Position numbers and translations under genes: made by a program | Assembly: GCA_016209015.1 (NCBI GenBank) | Contig: JACQWY010000002.1 | Span: 77,622-141,621, forward strand | Direction of reading: 5' to 3' | Length of the DNA stretch: 64,000 nucleotides | Origin: Gammaproteobacteria bacterium | GTDB lineage: Bacteria > Pseudomonadota > Gammaproteobacteria > Ga0077536 | Shown here: piece by piece, positions 9,001 to 18,900 of the stretch | Numbering within the stretch: position 1 is the first letter of the stretch | How the letters are laid out: every line of letters begins with the position of its first letter | The notes under the pieces: model-generated | What the model was told of the DNA's origin: nothing | The model's database searches: none | What the model saw: only the letters and a program-made list of their open reading frames with translations

Positions 9001-11105
9001 AAGCGCACGGCGAAGCGGTCGTACGCCATCTGCACACGCTGAAGGGCTCGGTCCGGGCCGCGGGCGCGATGCAGCTCGGCGACTTCGCGCATGCGAGTGA
9101 AGCGCGCATTCAGACCATGCTGCTCAACGAGACCGCGGATCCCGAGTGGCTCGAAGCGCTGCAGCAGTGGTTCGACACGTGGCTCATCGCAATCGACGCG
9201 CTGAAGTCGGCGCGTGCCGGCCAGCTCGGCGGCGCGGCGCAACGAAGCGTCGCCGAAGGTCAGCGCCCCGCGCCGCGCGCGACCGGCCAGCTACGGGTCG
9301 CGACGGAAACGGTCGAACACCTCATCGAAGCCTCGAGCGAGCTCGGGCTCACCCGCGCCCGTACCGCGAACGAAGTGGACGGGATCGGTCAGGGTGTCGC
9401 GGATCTCAAGGAATCGATCGTGCGCCTGCGTCAGCAGATCCGCGAAGTCGAGATCCAGGCGGAATCGCAGATGAGCGCCCGCCAGACGCAGATCGAGGAA
9501 GACAACGCCGCCTACGATCCGCTCGAGTTCGACCGCTTCACGCGCCTGCAGGAGCTCACGCGTCAGATGGCGGAATCGCTGCACGATGTCGTGACGGTGC
9601 AACAGAACCTGCAACGCCACCTAGACGACGTCGAGGAAGTCCTGGAGCGCCAGGGCTCGCTCAGCCGGGACATGCACGGCGCGCTCATGCGCATCTATGC
9701 CGTGCCGTTCGGGACGGTGACCGAACGTCTCGAGCGCGTGGTGCGGCAGGCCACGTCCGCGCTCGACAAGGCCGTGCGCCTCCACGTGCGCGGCGCCGAG
9801 GTCGAGCTCGACCGCGGCATTCTCGATCGCATCGTCGGACCGCTCGAGCACCTGCTGCGCAATTCTATCGCGCACGGCATCGAAGCCGGCGCGGAACGTC
9901 TCGCCGCGGGCAAGCCCGCGGCCGGCCGGCTCGACGTCGTGGTGCGCCAGGATGCGAACCGCGTGACGATCGAAGTGAGCGACGACGGGCGCGGTCTCGA
10001 CCTCGCGAGGATCCGCGCCAAGGCGGAGACCGCGGGCATCGTCGCGCCGGGCGCGGAGCTCACGGAGCAACAGTTGCGCGCGCTGATCTTCGCGCCCGGA
10101 CTCAGCACCGCGGAGTCGGTGACGGAGGTGTCGGGGCGCGGCATCGGCATGGATGCCGTGCGCAATGCCGTGCAGACGCTCGGCGGGACCATCGACATCC
10201 GCACGGAAGCAGGCCGCGGGACGACGTTCCTGGTGCACCTGCCGCTCACCGTCGTGGTCGTCTCCGTCGTCACCGTGATGGTCGGCGGGCGTCAGTTCGC
10301 GATCCCCGCGAATCTCGTCCGGCAGGCGCAGCGGATGAACGGGACGGCGCTGCGCGAGCTCTACGCCCGCGGCGAATCGGCGTGGCAGGACGAGCGCTAT
10401 CCGTTCCACCACTTGAGCGAGCTCATCGGCAAGCGCGTCGCGCCCACCGTGAACGAGCGCGGCAACATGGTGCTCTACCTCGGCGCGGACGAACGCCGCG
10501 TCGCGATTCACGTCGACAGCCTGTCCGTCACCCAGGACGTGACGCTGAAAGACATGGGCCCGCAGCTCGGCCGCGTGCCGGCTCTCGCCGGTGCGAGCGT
10601 CACGGGCGCCGGGCGGGTGCTGCTCGTGATCGATCCACTGCAGATGGTGAGCCGCGTGGCCGCGGCGAAGCGCGAGGACGACAAGACGAAAGGCGCCGCA
10701 CGGCGCCAGCCGCTCGTCCTCATCGTCGACGACTCGATCACCGTGCGCAAGGTCACGAGCCGGTTGATGGAACGCGCGGGCTATCGCGTGGCGACGGCGA
10801 AAGACGGTGTCGAGGGTCTCGAACAGATGCACGCGAAACGGCCGGACATCGTGCTGCTCGACATCGAGATGCCGCGCATGGACGGCTTCGAGTTCACGAA
10901 GCACGTCCGCAGCGAGGCAGCGACGGCTGCGCTGCCGATCGTGATCATCAGCTCGCGTACGGCGGACAAGCACCGTCAGCACGCGGAACGTCTCGGCGTG
11001 AATCTCTTCCTCGGCAAGCCGTACGAGGACGACCGGCTCCTCGCGGCGGTGGCGTCTCTGGTCGGTGGTGAAGGAACCGACGCGCTGCCGCGCACCGGCA
11101 CGTGA
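6075..11105 (+). CDS. chpA: ChpA-type multi-Hpt CheA histidine kinase with C-terminal receiver (Pil-Chp system)
   Basis: 1676 aa. Several Hpt-like blocks: HTLKGSSRVVGL, HTLAGIGRTVRID, HTLKGSVRAAGAM. HATPase_c region: GRGIGMDAVRNAVQTLGGTIDIRTEAGRGTTFLVHLPLT. A CheW-like domain is followed by a REC domain (PLVLIVDDSITVRK...DIVLLDIEMPRMDGFE). Confidence 0.85.
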   Translation: MIAQTDMDALRIVAPEIDRVLALTASALTDGANAELARQCERDLHRLRGAFEMAAAPGLARFCECFTAGYCASLADPANRSRWNALLERALAALKRCVRDAEHNGAVQSMLLFPLYVDMKRALGEDKVSASDLYYPEVDVERSRGEPVTLPAQDSTAVAKLARGRYQRALLAWLRGDGVAPAAMLRAVTTVDQLFGAQSNFWWVACGFLDGIRAGGFTIDSHLKRICARIDLQIARICDGANLVSDALLREMLYFIGRCTVDTTRISELREAYALDDDARNGAAESDDPAARAAALSAVHTAQRTLEGLAGGGAGAEAAFDAAIERLNACIDTLREPAVKAAGNAVGTEAQELRSGGRNYEKDAVSLAGLLLALERVLDERTAQPGATAELNALLEGGTTTGGTTNRLDAALGQEIRKSLKQVEHALESLTAAAVPRDVAPALNPLRRAGAALAIASQTEAAQLLAHAEGLVRELADSPTPETQIETLAECLGGAELFVEAACRGSNGREVILPLLRKLGLAPADEPPGEPAATQPATVEQALALERRGVQDLLHNWQRSSERVVDELKNNLQAIHQDALLVADREVRERSAHALSLLQAAPPAIDPQLRDAVAAVGGVMGGRGQAPAAVDVASDPEVLDVYLEEAREVLDTVRAHLASDARTPEGLREVRRYYHTLKGSSRVVGLVHMGEVAWSVERQLNAWLDADLDATPALLAAVGAVAEAFAGWVENLADHGSTGVDAAALQAGIDALTPASATAPEPVPAAQADVEPEPPAAGAAPNPDHVRLGPEFTVSRALLDIFRSEAAQHLATLRTDADSAAPGDTVRRTALRAAHTLAGIGRTVRIDAVAGLAAALEAWLERMLDAGAAMEEECRALFVEAVDSLGAMLATIEGEALPIADTALRDKLEAAAAAVVAAEEAAFVEQEIAIPAALLEAAFMQGVNPEILPVVLDEAHDLGAAIGRELVGWRESPDEEAHGEAVVRHLHTLKGSVRAAGAMQLGDFAHASEARIQTMLLNETADPEWLEALQQWFDTWLIAIDALKSARAGQLGGAAQRSVAEGQRPAPRATGQLRVATETVEHLIEASSELGLTRARTANEVDGIGQGVADLKESIVRLRQQIREVEIQAESQMSARQTQIEEDNAAYDPLEFDRFTRLQELTRQMAESLHDVVTVQQNLQRHLDDVEEVLERQGSLSRDMHGALMRIYAVPFGTVTERLERVVRQATSALDKAVRLHVRGAEVELDRGILDRIVGPLEHLLRNSIAHGIEAGAERLAAGKPAAGRLDVVVRQDANRVTIEVSDDGRGLDLARIRAKAETAGIVAPGAELTEQQLRALIFAPGLSTAESVTEVSGRGIGMDAVRNAVQTLGGTIDIRTEAGRGTTFLVHLPLTVVVVSVVTVMVGGRQFAIPANLVRQAQRMNGTALRELYARGESAWQDERYPFHHLSELIGKRVAPTVNERGNMVLYLGADERRVAIHVDSLSVTQDVTLKDMGPQLGRVPALAGASVTGAGRVLLVIDPLQMVSRVAAAKREDDKTKGAARRQPLVLIVDDSITVRKVTSRLMERAGYRVATAKDGVEGLEQMHAKRPDIVLLDIEMPRMDGFEFTKHVRSEAATAALPIVIISSRTADKHRQHAERLGVNLFLGKPYEDDRLLAAVASLVGGEGTDALPRTGT

Positions 11106-11118
11106 GGAGCGCCGAGGA

Positions 11119-11859
11119 TCAGCGGGCGGGCGTGAAGCTCGCGCCTTCCCGCGCGGCCGGCGCGGCGTCGAAGAGCAGGAAAGCGCGGTCCCCCTTCACG
11201 TTCATGTAGGAGACCGCGGCGCCGCGACGCCACTGAAAGCTCCGGCCGTCGCCGTCCGCGCCCGCCGCCCAGCGCCAGGGCGCGAAGCCCTGCATATTGC
11301 CCACGATAGAAATCCAGTACGGCTGCCCGCCCTCGAGCACGATCGGCTCGTCGAGATCGGCGTCGAAGCGGAACGCGTCGTTGCCTGCGGCCTCGCGCTT
11401 GAAACGCTTCACCTGACGGCGGGCGACGACCCCCGCATCGTCCTCGGGCGCGAACGCGGGCTCGCTCACCGCCGGCTTCTGCCGGTAGACCGTGATCGTG
11501 AAACCATGTTCGGGCAACGGCTGTCCCTCGCCCCACCACGCCATGCGCGCAATTTTCGTCGTACGGTGCAACGTGACGTTGTCGAAGGCGGCGCTGTCGG
11601 AATCGAGACCGTCCGCGGCGATGGTCTGCTGCGAGTCGACGAAGCCGCCGGCCGGCCTGGCTGCGGGTTGGGCATAGACCTGGATCGCGAGCGCGCCCTG
11701 CGTCGTCGCGAGCAGCGCGGCGGCGAGCGCGGGCCCGGCGCATCGCCGCGCCGGCACACTCCCCGGAATCACCGCCGCGTCGCTCAATGCAAGCCCACGC
11801 GTCGGCGGTATTCCGCGACGACGCGATCGGCGCTCGCGAATCCTTCGAGCCGCAGCCAC
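11119..11859 (-). CDS. Hypothetical secreted protein, last gene of the MCO operon. The true start is probably internal, just before the signal peptide.
   Basis: ORF track 11119..11859 on the minus strand. A signal-peptide-like stretch GPALAAALLATTQGALAIQVYAQ is followed by a Trp-rich soluble domain. I recognise no family. The gene overlaps the SCO1 gene's 3' end. Confidence 0.35.
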   Translation of the reverse strand: MAAARRIRERRSRRRGIPPTRGLALSDAAVIPGSVPARRCAGPALAAALLATTQGALAIQVYAQPAARPAGGFVDSQQTIAADGLDSDSAAFDNVTLHRTTKIARMAWWGEGQPLPEHGFTITVYRQKPAVSEPAFAPEDDAGVVARRQVKRFKREAAGNDAFRFDADLDEPIVLEGGQPYWISIVGNMQGFAPWRWAAGADGDGRSFQWRRGAAVSYMNVKGDRAFLLFDAAPAAREGASFTPAR

Positions 11860-12464
11860 GGCTCGCCGGGCTTCGCCCGCATGAAGACGACGGGGATGTG
11901 ATTCATCTTGTCACCGCGAAATGTCTTGAAGGCCTTTTGCAGCGCGATGCTGTTCTCGACGGAGCCGGTATAGAACTGCCAGCTCGGCCCGGCCTCGAAC
12001 TTCTCCGCATAGGCCGGCAGCGGACCGCTCACCGTGTCGTTCTCGGGGTCGATGGAAATGGAGACGAGGTGCGGCATCGGACCGTCGGCGGCGAGCTTGT
12101 CCTGCACCTGGGCGAACGTGCGGCTCAGGATCGGACAGATCGCCGTGCAGGTCGTGAAAATGAAGTTCACGAGCACCGGACGACCGTCGTCGAGCTCGGC
12201 CGGGAATTCGACCTTGCGGCCGTCGTGACGCTGCATGCCGAGCTTCGGGATCTCGACGCGGTCCTCCGCGCGTTTGACGTCCTGCGGGGCGTTCGCCAGG
12301 TGCTGAGCGTGCATGTCGTGGTTCATGCCCGAATGGTCCATCTGCGAATGATCCATGGGCGCCATGTCTTCGGCCCGCACACCGGATGCGGCACCGAGCC
12401 CGAGGCAGGCGATTGCGATCCATGCGCCGCGCGTCAGGCGCCTGCAGCCGCCGGTTTCGTGCAT
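11784..12464 (-). CDS. SCO1/SenC-family copper chaperone (thioredoxin fold) with a His/Met-rich N-terminal metal-binding stretch
   Basis: Start MHETGG at 12464. The complement of ATG was verified, and GAGAGAGGA lies upstream. CxxxC motif FIFTTCTAICP plus a downstream conserved His. His/Met cluster: MDHSQMDHSGMNHDMHAQH. Signal/TM segment: AWIAIACLGLGAASGVRA. Confidence 0.75.
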   Translation of the reverse strand: MHETGGCRRLTRGAWIAIACLGLGAASGVRAEDMAPMDHSQMDHSGMNHDMHAQHLANAPQDVKRAEDRVEIPKLGMQRHDGRKVEFPAELDDGRPVLVNFIFTTCTAICPILSRTFAQVQDKLAADGPMPHLVSISIDPENDTVSGPLPAYAEKFEAGPSWQFYTGSVENSIALQKAFKTFRGDKMNHIPVVFMRAKPGEPWLRLEGFASADRVVAEYRRRVGLH

Positions 12465-12490
12465 CTCGTCGTCCTCTCTCGTCTCGTCCT

Positions 12491-14302
12491 TCAGGGTACC
12501 GTCCACTCGCCCTCGGCGACCAGCGCCGTGTCGTCCGGCTTCTCGTAGCGGACGACGTAAGCGCCTTTCGAGGCATGGCGCTGCCCGGGCCCGAGACTCA
12601 GGCGCGGATAGACCGTGGTGCCGCTCTGGTGCGCGCGGGGCCCGCCTTCCCGGGCCAGCGCCGCGATCTCGGCCGCCGCGTCGAGGCGCTTGGCGTTCGG
12701 CAGGACGCGATTGCCGCCGGGCTTCCTGACACCGAGCGCGGCACGGTCGCGCGCCTCCTGCTCGGCCTTGCTGGCCTCGCGCCTGCTCAGCATATTCTCG
12801 GCGCGCTCGATCAGATAATCCCGATAGAGATTGTCGAGCATCTCGGCCGTCGTGTTCGTGAGGAAGCTGATCGCGAAGAAGACCTCGGACTGCAGCGGCT
12901 CGTCGACGATTTCGACCTTGGACATCTTGCTCCAGGAACGGAAGTAGGCGAGGTTCGCGCGCCGCTTCGCCGGCAGCTCGTAGGGATAGACGATCTTCGA
13001 CGCGGCGCGCCAGGCTGCGGGCAGCGGCGCGTAATCCGGCCGGCCGAGCGTCGCCGAGACGAGATACGTCGCGCCTGCGACGGGCTGCGTCGCGGCAAGA
13101 TCATCGGGCCTCGCGAAGAGCATGACGTGATCGCCGGCGCGCACGCCGGCGAGCGCGGACGCGAGACCGCCCGTTCCCAGCACGCGCTCGTCGGCCTTCA
13201 CCTCGGCGCGCGCGAGGGCTGCGGCGAACGCTGCGCCGGCGCTGCGGCCCGGTTCGTCGTCGTGACGGATCGCGATCACCCGCGACGGCTTCGTGCCGCC
13301 CACCGGCGCGATCGCGTCGGCCGCGACCGCCGCCTCGAGCCGCACGCCTTGCGAGAAATACAGACCGTACTGCGATGTCACGGGCGGCGCCGGCACGCTC
13401 GGGAACCACAGTGGCAGATGCTGCGCTTCGCAGAACTCGTGCACGGGCGCCCAGTCGGAGTCGGAGATGCCCGAGATGAGCGCGAATGCGGGCTGACGAC
13501 GGTAGAACTCGCCGAGCTGTGCGCCCCAGGTCTTCGCATCGCCCTTCAGCTCCCAGACCTCGAGCGCCCATTTGCGCTCCGTCCCGAGCACGAGCTCCGC
13601 GGCCGTGACCATGTGGCGGCGACGGGCGCGATGCAGGCCCGGCACGGTGCTCGCGTTCTTCTGATCGAACGCGCGCCGCAGCGTGTCGAGCATCGCCTGA
13701 CGCCGTGCCGGCGCGACGCCCGGCGCAATCACCGTGGCGAAGTGGATCGTCTCCTGCTCCGCACCCGGCGAACGTTCGCGCGAGAGCTGCTTCAGGTAGG
13801 CGACGATCGCGGCGGAGTCCTCGGGCCCGAGGTCGTAGCGCGGCATCATCACGCCGAGCGTCCGTCCGTCGGCCGTCGTGCCCTCGCGGATCGCGGTGGT
13901 GAGCGTTTCCTCGTCGTAGTCGGCATGTGCCTGGTTGAAGGCCTTGCCGCGTCGCGGATCCATGGTCGCGACGACGCGTTCGGCATCGTTGAACAGGGCC
14001 TTGCCGGTGATGGGCGGCACGATGATGTCGCCCTCCACCGAGCCCATGCCGCTCTTGCGATGGCATTGCGCACACGCGGCGCCGCGGCCGTCGACCGGCG
14101 TCTCGTTCGCGCGGGAACCGTGCAGCGGCTGGCCCGAGGGCAGCATGCCCTCTTCGTAGATCATGCGGCCGCGTTCGAGCACGGAGGGTGCCGCCGCCGC
14201 GAATCCGCAGACGAAGAACAGCGCCAGCGCCGCGCCCAGACGGCGCGCGAGGTTCGGATCGAGGCGCCGCGGCGAAGGCGGCGCGCCGCGCCGCATGCTC
14301 AT
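12491..14302 (-). CDS. c-type cytochrome domain protein (CxxCH) fused to a large periplasmic domain; a MofC-like accessory cytochrome
   Basis: ORF 12491..14302 on the minus strand. Signal peptide LGAALALFFVCGFAAAAPS. Heme-binding CAQCH. The start ATGA overlaps the stop of the upstream FKBP gene at 14299-14302. Confidence 0.7.
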   Translation of the reverse strand: MSMRRGAPPSPRRLDPNLARRLGAALALFFVCGFAAAAPSVLERGRMIYEEGMLPSGQPLHGSRANETPVDGRGAACAQCHRKSGMGSVEGDIIVPPITGKALFNDAERVVATMDPRRGKAFNQAHADYDEETLTTAIREGTTADGRTLGVMMPRYDLGPEDSAAIVAYLKQLSRERSPGAEQETIHFATVIAPGVAPARRQAMLDTLRRAFDQKNASTVPGLHRARRRHMVTAAELVLGTERKWALEVWELKGDAKTWGAQLGEFYRRQPAFALISGISDSDWAPVHEFCEAQHLPLWFPSVPAPPVTSQYGLYFSQGVRLEAAVAADAIAPVGGTKPSRVIAIRHDDEPGRSAGAAFAAALARAEVKADERVLGTGGLASALAGVRAGDHVMLFARPDDLAATQPVAGATYLVSATLGRPDYAPLPAAWRAASKIVYPYELPAKRRANLAYFRSWSKMSKVEIVDEPLQSEVFFAISFLTNTTAEMLDNLYRDYLIERAENMLSRREASKAEQEARDRAALGVRKPGGNRVLPNAKRLDAAAEIAALAREGGPRAHQSGTTVYPRLSLGPGQRHASKGAYVVRYEKPDDTALVAEGEWTVP

Positions 14303-14994
14303 TTGATTTCCACGAGCTCGAAGTCGTAGATCAGCACTTCGTTCGGCGCGATGTCACCGCCGACGCCGCGCTCGCCGAAGCCGAGCTTCGGCGGAATGAC
14401 GAGCTGCCACTTCGAGCCAAGCGGCATTTCGGCGACGGCGTCGCGCACGCCTTCCGGTGTGATGCCCGTCATCTTCACCGTCGCAGTCTGATCGCCCTGC
14501 GTGCCGACGAACTCCATGCCCGCGGTCGTGGTGCCGCGGAACCTGCAGACTATCGTGTCGTCCTTCGTCGGCTTGCGGCCGGCGCCGGCCTTGACCACTT
14601 TGTACTGCACGCCGTTCGACAGCTCTTTCACGCCTTCCCTGCTCTTGTTCGCGGCGAGGAAGGTGTCCGCCTTCTTCGCGTTCTCCTGTGCGGCGAGCTG
14701 GCGGGTGACGCGCGATTTGCGGACGAGCTCGGCCATGAACTTGTTCATGATGTCCTTGAGCTCGGCTTCGGAGATCGCGATGCGCTCACCGGACATGCCA
14801 TCGCGCAGTCCGCGCACCATGGCCTCGACGTTGATCTCGACCTGATCCTTCTTGAAATTGCGTGCGGTCTGCACGCCGATGCCATAGCTCAGGCGATCCT
14901 GTTCCGTCTTCAGCGCGGGCGCTTCGTCCTTGGCATGGACCGCAACGGTCCACGCCAGAGCCATGAGGGCGAGCGCAAGAGGCTTCGGTGTCAT
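14299..14994 (-). CDS. FKBP-type peptidyl-prolyl cis-trans isomerase (FkpA/Mip-like), periplasmic
   Basis: Start MTPKPLALALMALAWTVAVHA at 14994. The complement of ATG was verified, and AAGGAA lies upstream. FKBP C-terminal domain: GVQYKVVKAGAGRKPTKDDTIVCRFRGTTTAGMEF...PLGSKWQLVIPPKLGFGERGVGGDIAPNEVLIYDFELVEI. Confidence 0.8.
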   Translation of the reverse strand: MTPKPLALALMALAWTVAVHAKDEAPALKTEQDRLSYGIGVQTARNFKKDQVEINVEAMVRGLRDGMSGERIAISEAELKDIMNKFMAELVRKSRVTRQLAAQENAKKADTFLAANKSREGVKELSNGVQYKVVKAGAGRKPTKDDTIVCRFRGTTTAGMEFVGTQGDQTATVKMTGITPEGVRDAVAEMPLGSKWQLVIPPKLGFGERGVGGDIAPNEVLIYDFELVEIK

Positions 14995-15194
14995 GTCATT
15001 TCCTTGTACGTGTGAGAGGGGATCGCGGCGCACGGAGCAGACGTCCGGTGGGCGCCGCCGTCAGGATACCAACGTTGCGACCGCTCGAATCTCGAGGGCG
15101 CTCGAGCCGACGACGCGGTCCGATCGGGCGTTGCCCGGTGGCCGCGGCGTGCGGCACCGGAACGCGGGCACTGCGCCCGCGTTCCGGAACCTCG

Positions 15195-15704
15195 TCAGCG
15201 CGCGATGTGGTTCTCGGGCAGCGGATTCACGAGCAGATGGCTCGACGCCACTGCAGCGCCATCCGGATTCGCCTCGCCCGCGGCGGCCGGCGTCGTGGTG
15301 ACGCTGAAGTTGCCGTTGACGTTGCGCTTGCCCCCGGCGGTGTCGAGCGTGCCGTAGACGACGCCGCTGAGCGCGTAGGACACGCTGCCGTCGGCGTCCG
15401 TCACGGTCTTCAACACCACGCGGGAGATGTGCCCGCTCAGGCTCGTCGCGCCGTCGTTGAATTCGAGCGTGCCGTCCTTGAACGTCGCGGCGCCCGAGCG
15501 CGGATCGCCGCTGGAGGGTTTGGAAGTGGTGAGGCTGATCGGACGGCCGCTCACCGCGATCTCGTGATCGGCAGTGATGCTCATGCTGCCCGATTCCACG
15601 CCGCCCTGGTTCGGGTCGGGGAGGACGAGGGGCAGGCCCCATGCCGCCGAGACCAGCGAGGCGGCGAGACCGATCGAGGCCAAGGTCTTGTGCACGATGT
15701 TCAT
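15195..15704 (-). CDS. Hypothetical small secreted protein (~169 aa) inside the MCO operon
   Basis: Start MNIVHKTLASIGLAASLVSAAWG at 15704. The complement of ATG was verified, and AAGGA lies upstream. Composition is Ser/Thr/Gly-rich, and I recognise no domain. Confidence 0.5.
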   Translation of the reverse strand: MNIVHKTLASIGLAASLVSAAWGLPLVLPDPNQGGVESGSMSITADHEIAVSGRPISLTTSKPSSGDPRSGAATFKDGTLEFNDGATSLSGHISRVVLKTVTDADGSVSYALSGVVYGTLDTAGGKRNVNGNFSVTTTPAAAGEANPDGAAVASSHLLVNPLPENHIAR

Positions 15705-15951
15705 AGTCGTAATCCTTCTGGATGTGTGTCGCTGATCCGTCTGTCGCCGCGCTTCGTAGCGTGCACGGCACGTTCCGGACCCTTGCTGCAAGAAACCCTC
15801 GTGGCGAATCCGGCCGCCCGGGCGCTGTGTTCGTTCGAAGCGATGATGTTCATCTTCCCTTCTCCCTCCACGCAGATGCCCGTTAGTCCGTTTCCGCCTT
15901 CGCCTCACGCCGCGGTAAAGCGGCGCGAGGCTGCATCGACCCGCGCTACGC

Positions 15952-18900
15952 TCAGTTCAGCGTGACGGTCGCCGTGGCCGGAGCCGACGTCAGACCGCCG
16001 TAGTTCAGCTGATACGTGAACGTATAGGTTCCGCGCTTCTGCACCTGACGCTGGGCCGGGGTCAGCCCCGTTCCCACCGGCGTCAGGGCGATGTTGCACG
16101 AACCCGAAGTCGGAGCGCAGGTCAGGGTCGCCGTGGCGCCGCCGTTGACGGAGTTCAACGTACCGACCGTCACCGTACCGCCGGACGCCGAGGACGGCGT
16201 GTCGTTGGTGCGGATGTTGAAGCTGACGGTCTGCGTCGAGTTCGTCGTCGACTGCGTCGCGGGGAACGTGAAGCTGTCGCTCACGGTTACGGGCGCAACC
16301 AGCGTGGTGGCCGACGACGGGGTGGCGGCGAAAGCCGAGCTGCCCCAGGCGTTGGCCCGTACGCGGAAGCTGTAACGTGTGGCCGGCTGCAGACCCGTCG
16401 TCGGCAGCGACGTTCCGGTCGCTGCGTTGTTCAGGGTCGTCCAGCCGTTCCCGTCACACGGACTCGCCACGGTGTTCGCACACTGCTGCTGCTGCACCGT
16501 GTAGTTGACCGCAGCGGAAGAACCGTTCCAGCGGATCGTCATGGACGTGCTCTGGATGTTGTTCGGCCCGGCCATCGTCGGAGTCGATGGGACACGCAGC
16601 GTGGTCAGTGTCTTCGCGTTGGAGTACGGCAGGCCCGGATGCCCGGCCACCACCGGCTGCGCGAAGTACGTATACGTCGTACCCGGCGCTGCGGTCGTGT
16701 CGGCCCACGGACTGCCGGCCGCGGCGGAGAACGTCGTACGACCGCTCGTGCAGGTCCCAAAGGTCTGCGTGCCCGTGCAGCGCACGGCGCTATAGGAGTC
16801 CACGCTGAACGAGAGGTTCGACCACGTCAGATCCACCTGCGTCTTGCCGGGCGCGCTCACCGCATTGAGGTCGGCGATCGCGAGGCTCACCGCCGTCACG
16901 TTGATGTTGACCGGCGCCGACTTCTGCACGCCGTCCTTGCCGACGACCGTCACCGCGTAGCTGTACGCATTGCCGGGCGTGAGGCTCGTGTCGGCATAGG
17001 GACCGGCCGCGACCGTCGAGGTCATGTCGGGTGTACGGTCGACTTCGAACGTCACCGCGTTCGGGTTGTCGTTCGTCCAGTCGAGCGACACCGCCCACGG
17101 GGTGAGCGAGCCGTTGACGATCTGGAGAGCCGATACCGGCTGCGGTGCCGTGGTCACGTTCAACGAGGCGTCGGCCGTGCCGTCCGCACCCGAGATCGTC
17201 ACCGTATAGGCGTAATCGGAGTTCGCACTCACGTTCTCGTCCGTCCACGTCGTCGTGCCCGTGAGACCCGACGCAACGGGGGTGCCGTCACGGCTGATCG
17301 TCGCGTTCAGGCCCGCCGTGTTCGCGTTCGCCGGATACGTCCAGCTCAGCACGACGCTCGTCGCCGTGTGGGTCTGCGTGAACGTGGCGATGGCCGGCGC
17401 AGTCGTCACGTCCTTCGAGACCGTGAACGCATTGCCGTTCGCGCCGGTCACCGTCACCGCATAGCTGAAGGCCGCATTGGCAGCCAGCCCGGCATCGGTG
17501 TAGGTGTCCGCGGCCAGAATCTGCGCCCCGGTCAGCGTGGCGACGACATCGCCGTTGCGGGCGATCTCCACCTTCTGGAGGGCGCTGAGATTCGGGTTCG
17601 CGTTCGCCCAGCGCAGCGTCACGGCGCTCGCGGTCACGTCACCGGCCCGGGCAGCTTCGAAGCTCGCCGGCACGGCGTCGGTGGTCGCGGAGACCGTGTT
17701 GCTGTGGATCGAGGAGCCGTGTTTCGCGACGACATCGAAGAAGTACGTCGTGTTCGCCGCGAGACCCGTGATGACGGAGTTGAGATCGGTCAGCGAGGCA
17801 TTCACGTCGGCGAGGGCATCGGCCGCGAAGCCGTCCTCGACCTGGTAGCTCGTCGCGTTCTGCGACGAGGTCCAGCTCAGCGCGACGGAGCTCGAGTTCA
17901 CCGTCCCCAGCGTCAGCGTGAAGGTGCCGGGCGGCGTGAGCTGCAGGAGGGCCTGCGACCACGCGGTCGGCTTGATCGAGGTCTTCGGATCGCTATACGG
18001 CGTCATAGGACCCTGCTGGGCCGAGTTGTACGCACCGACGCGGAACGCGTAGTCCGTATTCGGCGTGAGCGTGGCACGCTCGATGGACGCCGACTCGGTA
18101 TTCGCGATCGCGGTCGAGACCGTCTGCCAGGCATTGGCGTCGAGGATCGGTTCATCGCCGTTGTAGCCGGTGATGGGCTGCATCTGCACCATGAAGCCGA
18201 TTTCGTTCATCGGGTTGCCGAGGTTGGCAGGCTTGTCTTCCACCAGCGTCGCCGGCGTCGGATCCTGCCAGGTCAGGTCGATCTTCTGCGCATCGGCGGT
18301 CGCGCTGAGCGTGCCGGGTGCGGTCGGAGCGACGACCGACGCCTTCGTGTCCATCACGAACGGACGCATGAAGTCGTTTTCCTCATGGCCCAGGATGTGA
18401 CAGTGCCAGACGTACTCGTTGTCGAAGTCCTCGAGCCTGTTCTGCACGAGCAGCGGGTTGTTGGTCTGCGGATCGATCTGCGTGAAGCCGGTGGTCACAC
18501 CCACTTCCTGCGAGGGATCGTCCGTGCGCACGCTGCGCGGCTGACCGAAAGGCGTCTTCGGGGCAACGGCCTTGACCGCGACGATGACGTCCTCGAGCGG
18601 ATTCATCTTCACGGTTTCCTTCCAGCCGACTTCGTTCGCTTCCGGCGGCTTGATCGTGCCGTCCCAGCCCACGCGGTTGATCAACTGCACATTCACGAGG
18701 TGGAAGTGCACGGGGTGCGCGTCGACGCCGTTGTGGGTGATCTTCCAGATCTGCACCTGGCCCTGCGGAATCGTCTCCGTCGTCGGGTCGATGTAGTTCA
18801 GCGGAATCGTCGTCTGGGTCAGCGCGCTCGTGAACGGGAGCTCGACACCGAGCGTCGCGTTCATGCGGCCGTAGAAGGGTTCGAAGAGCTCCTGAATCGC

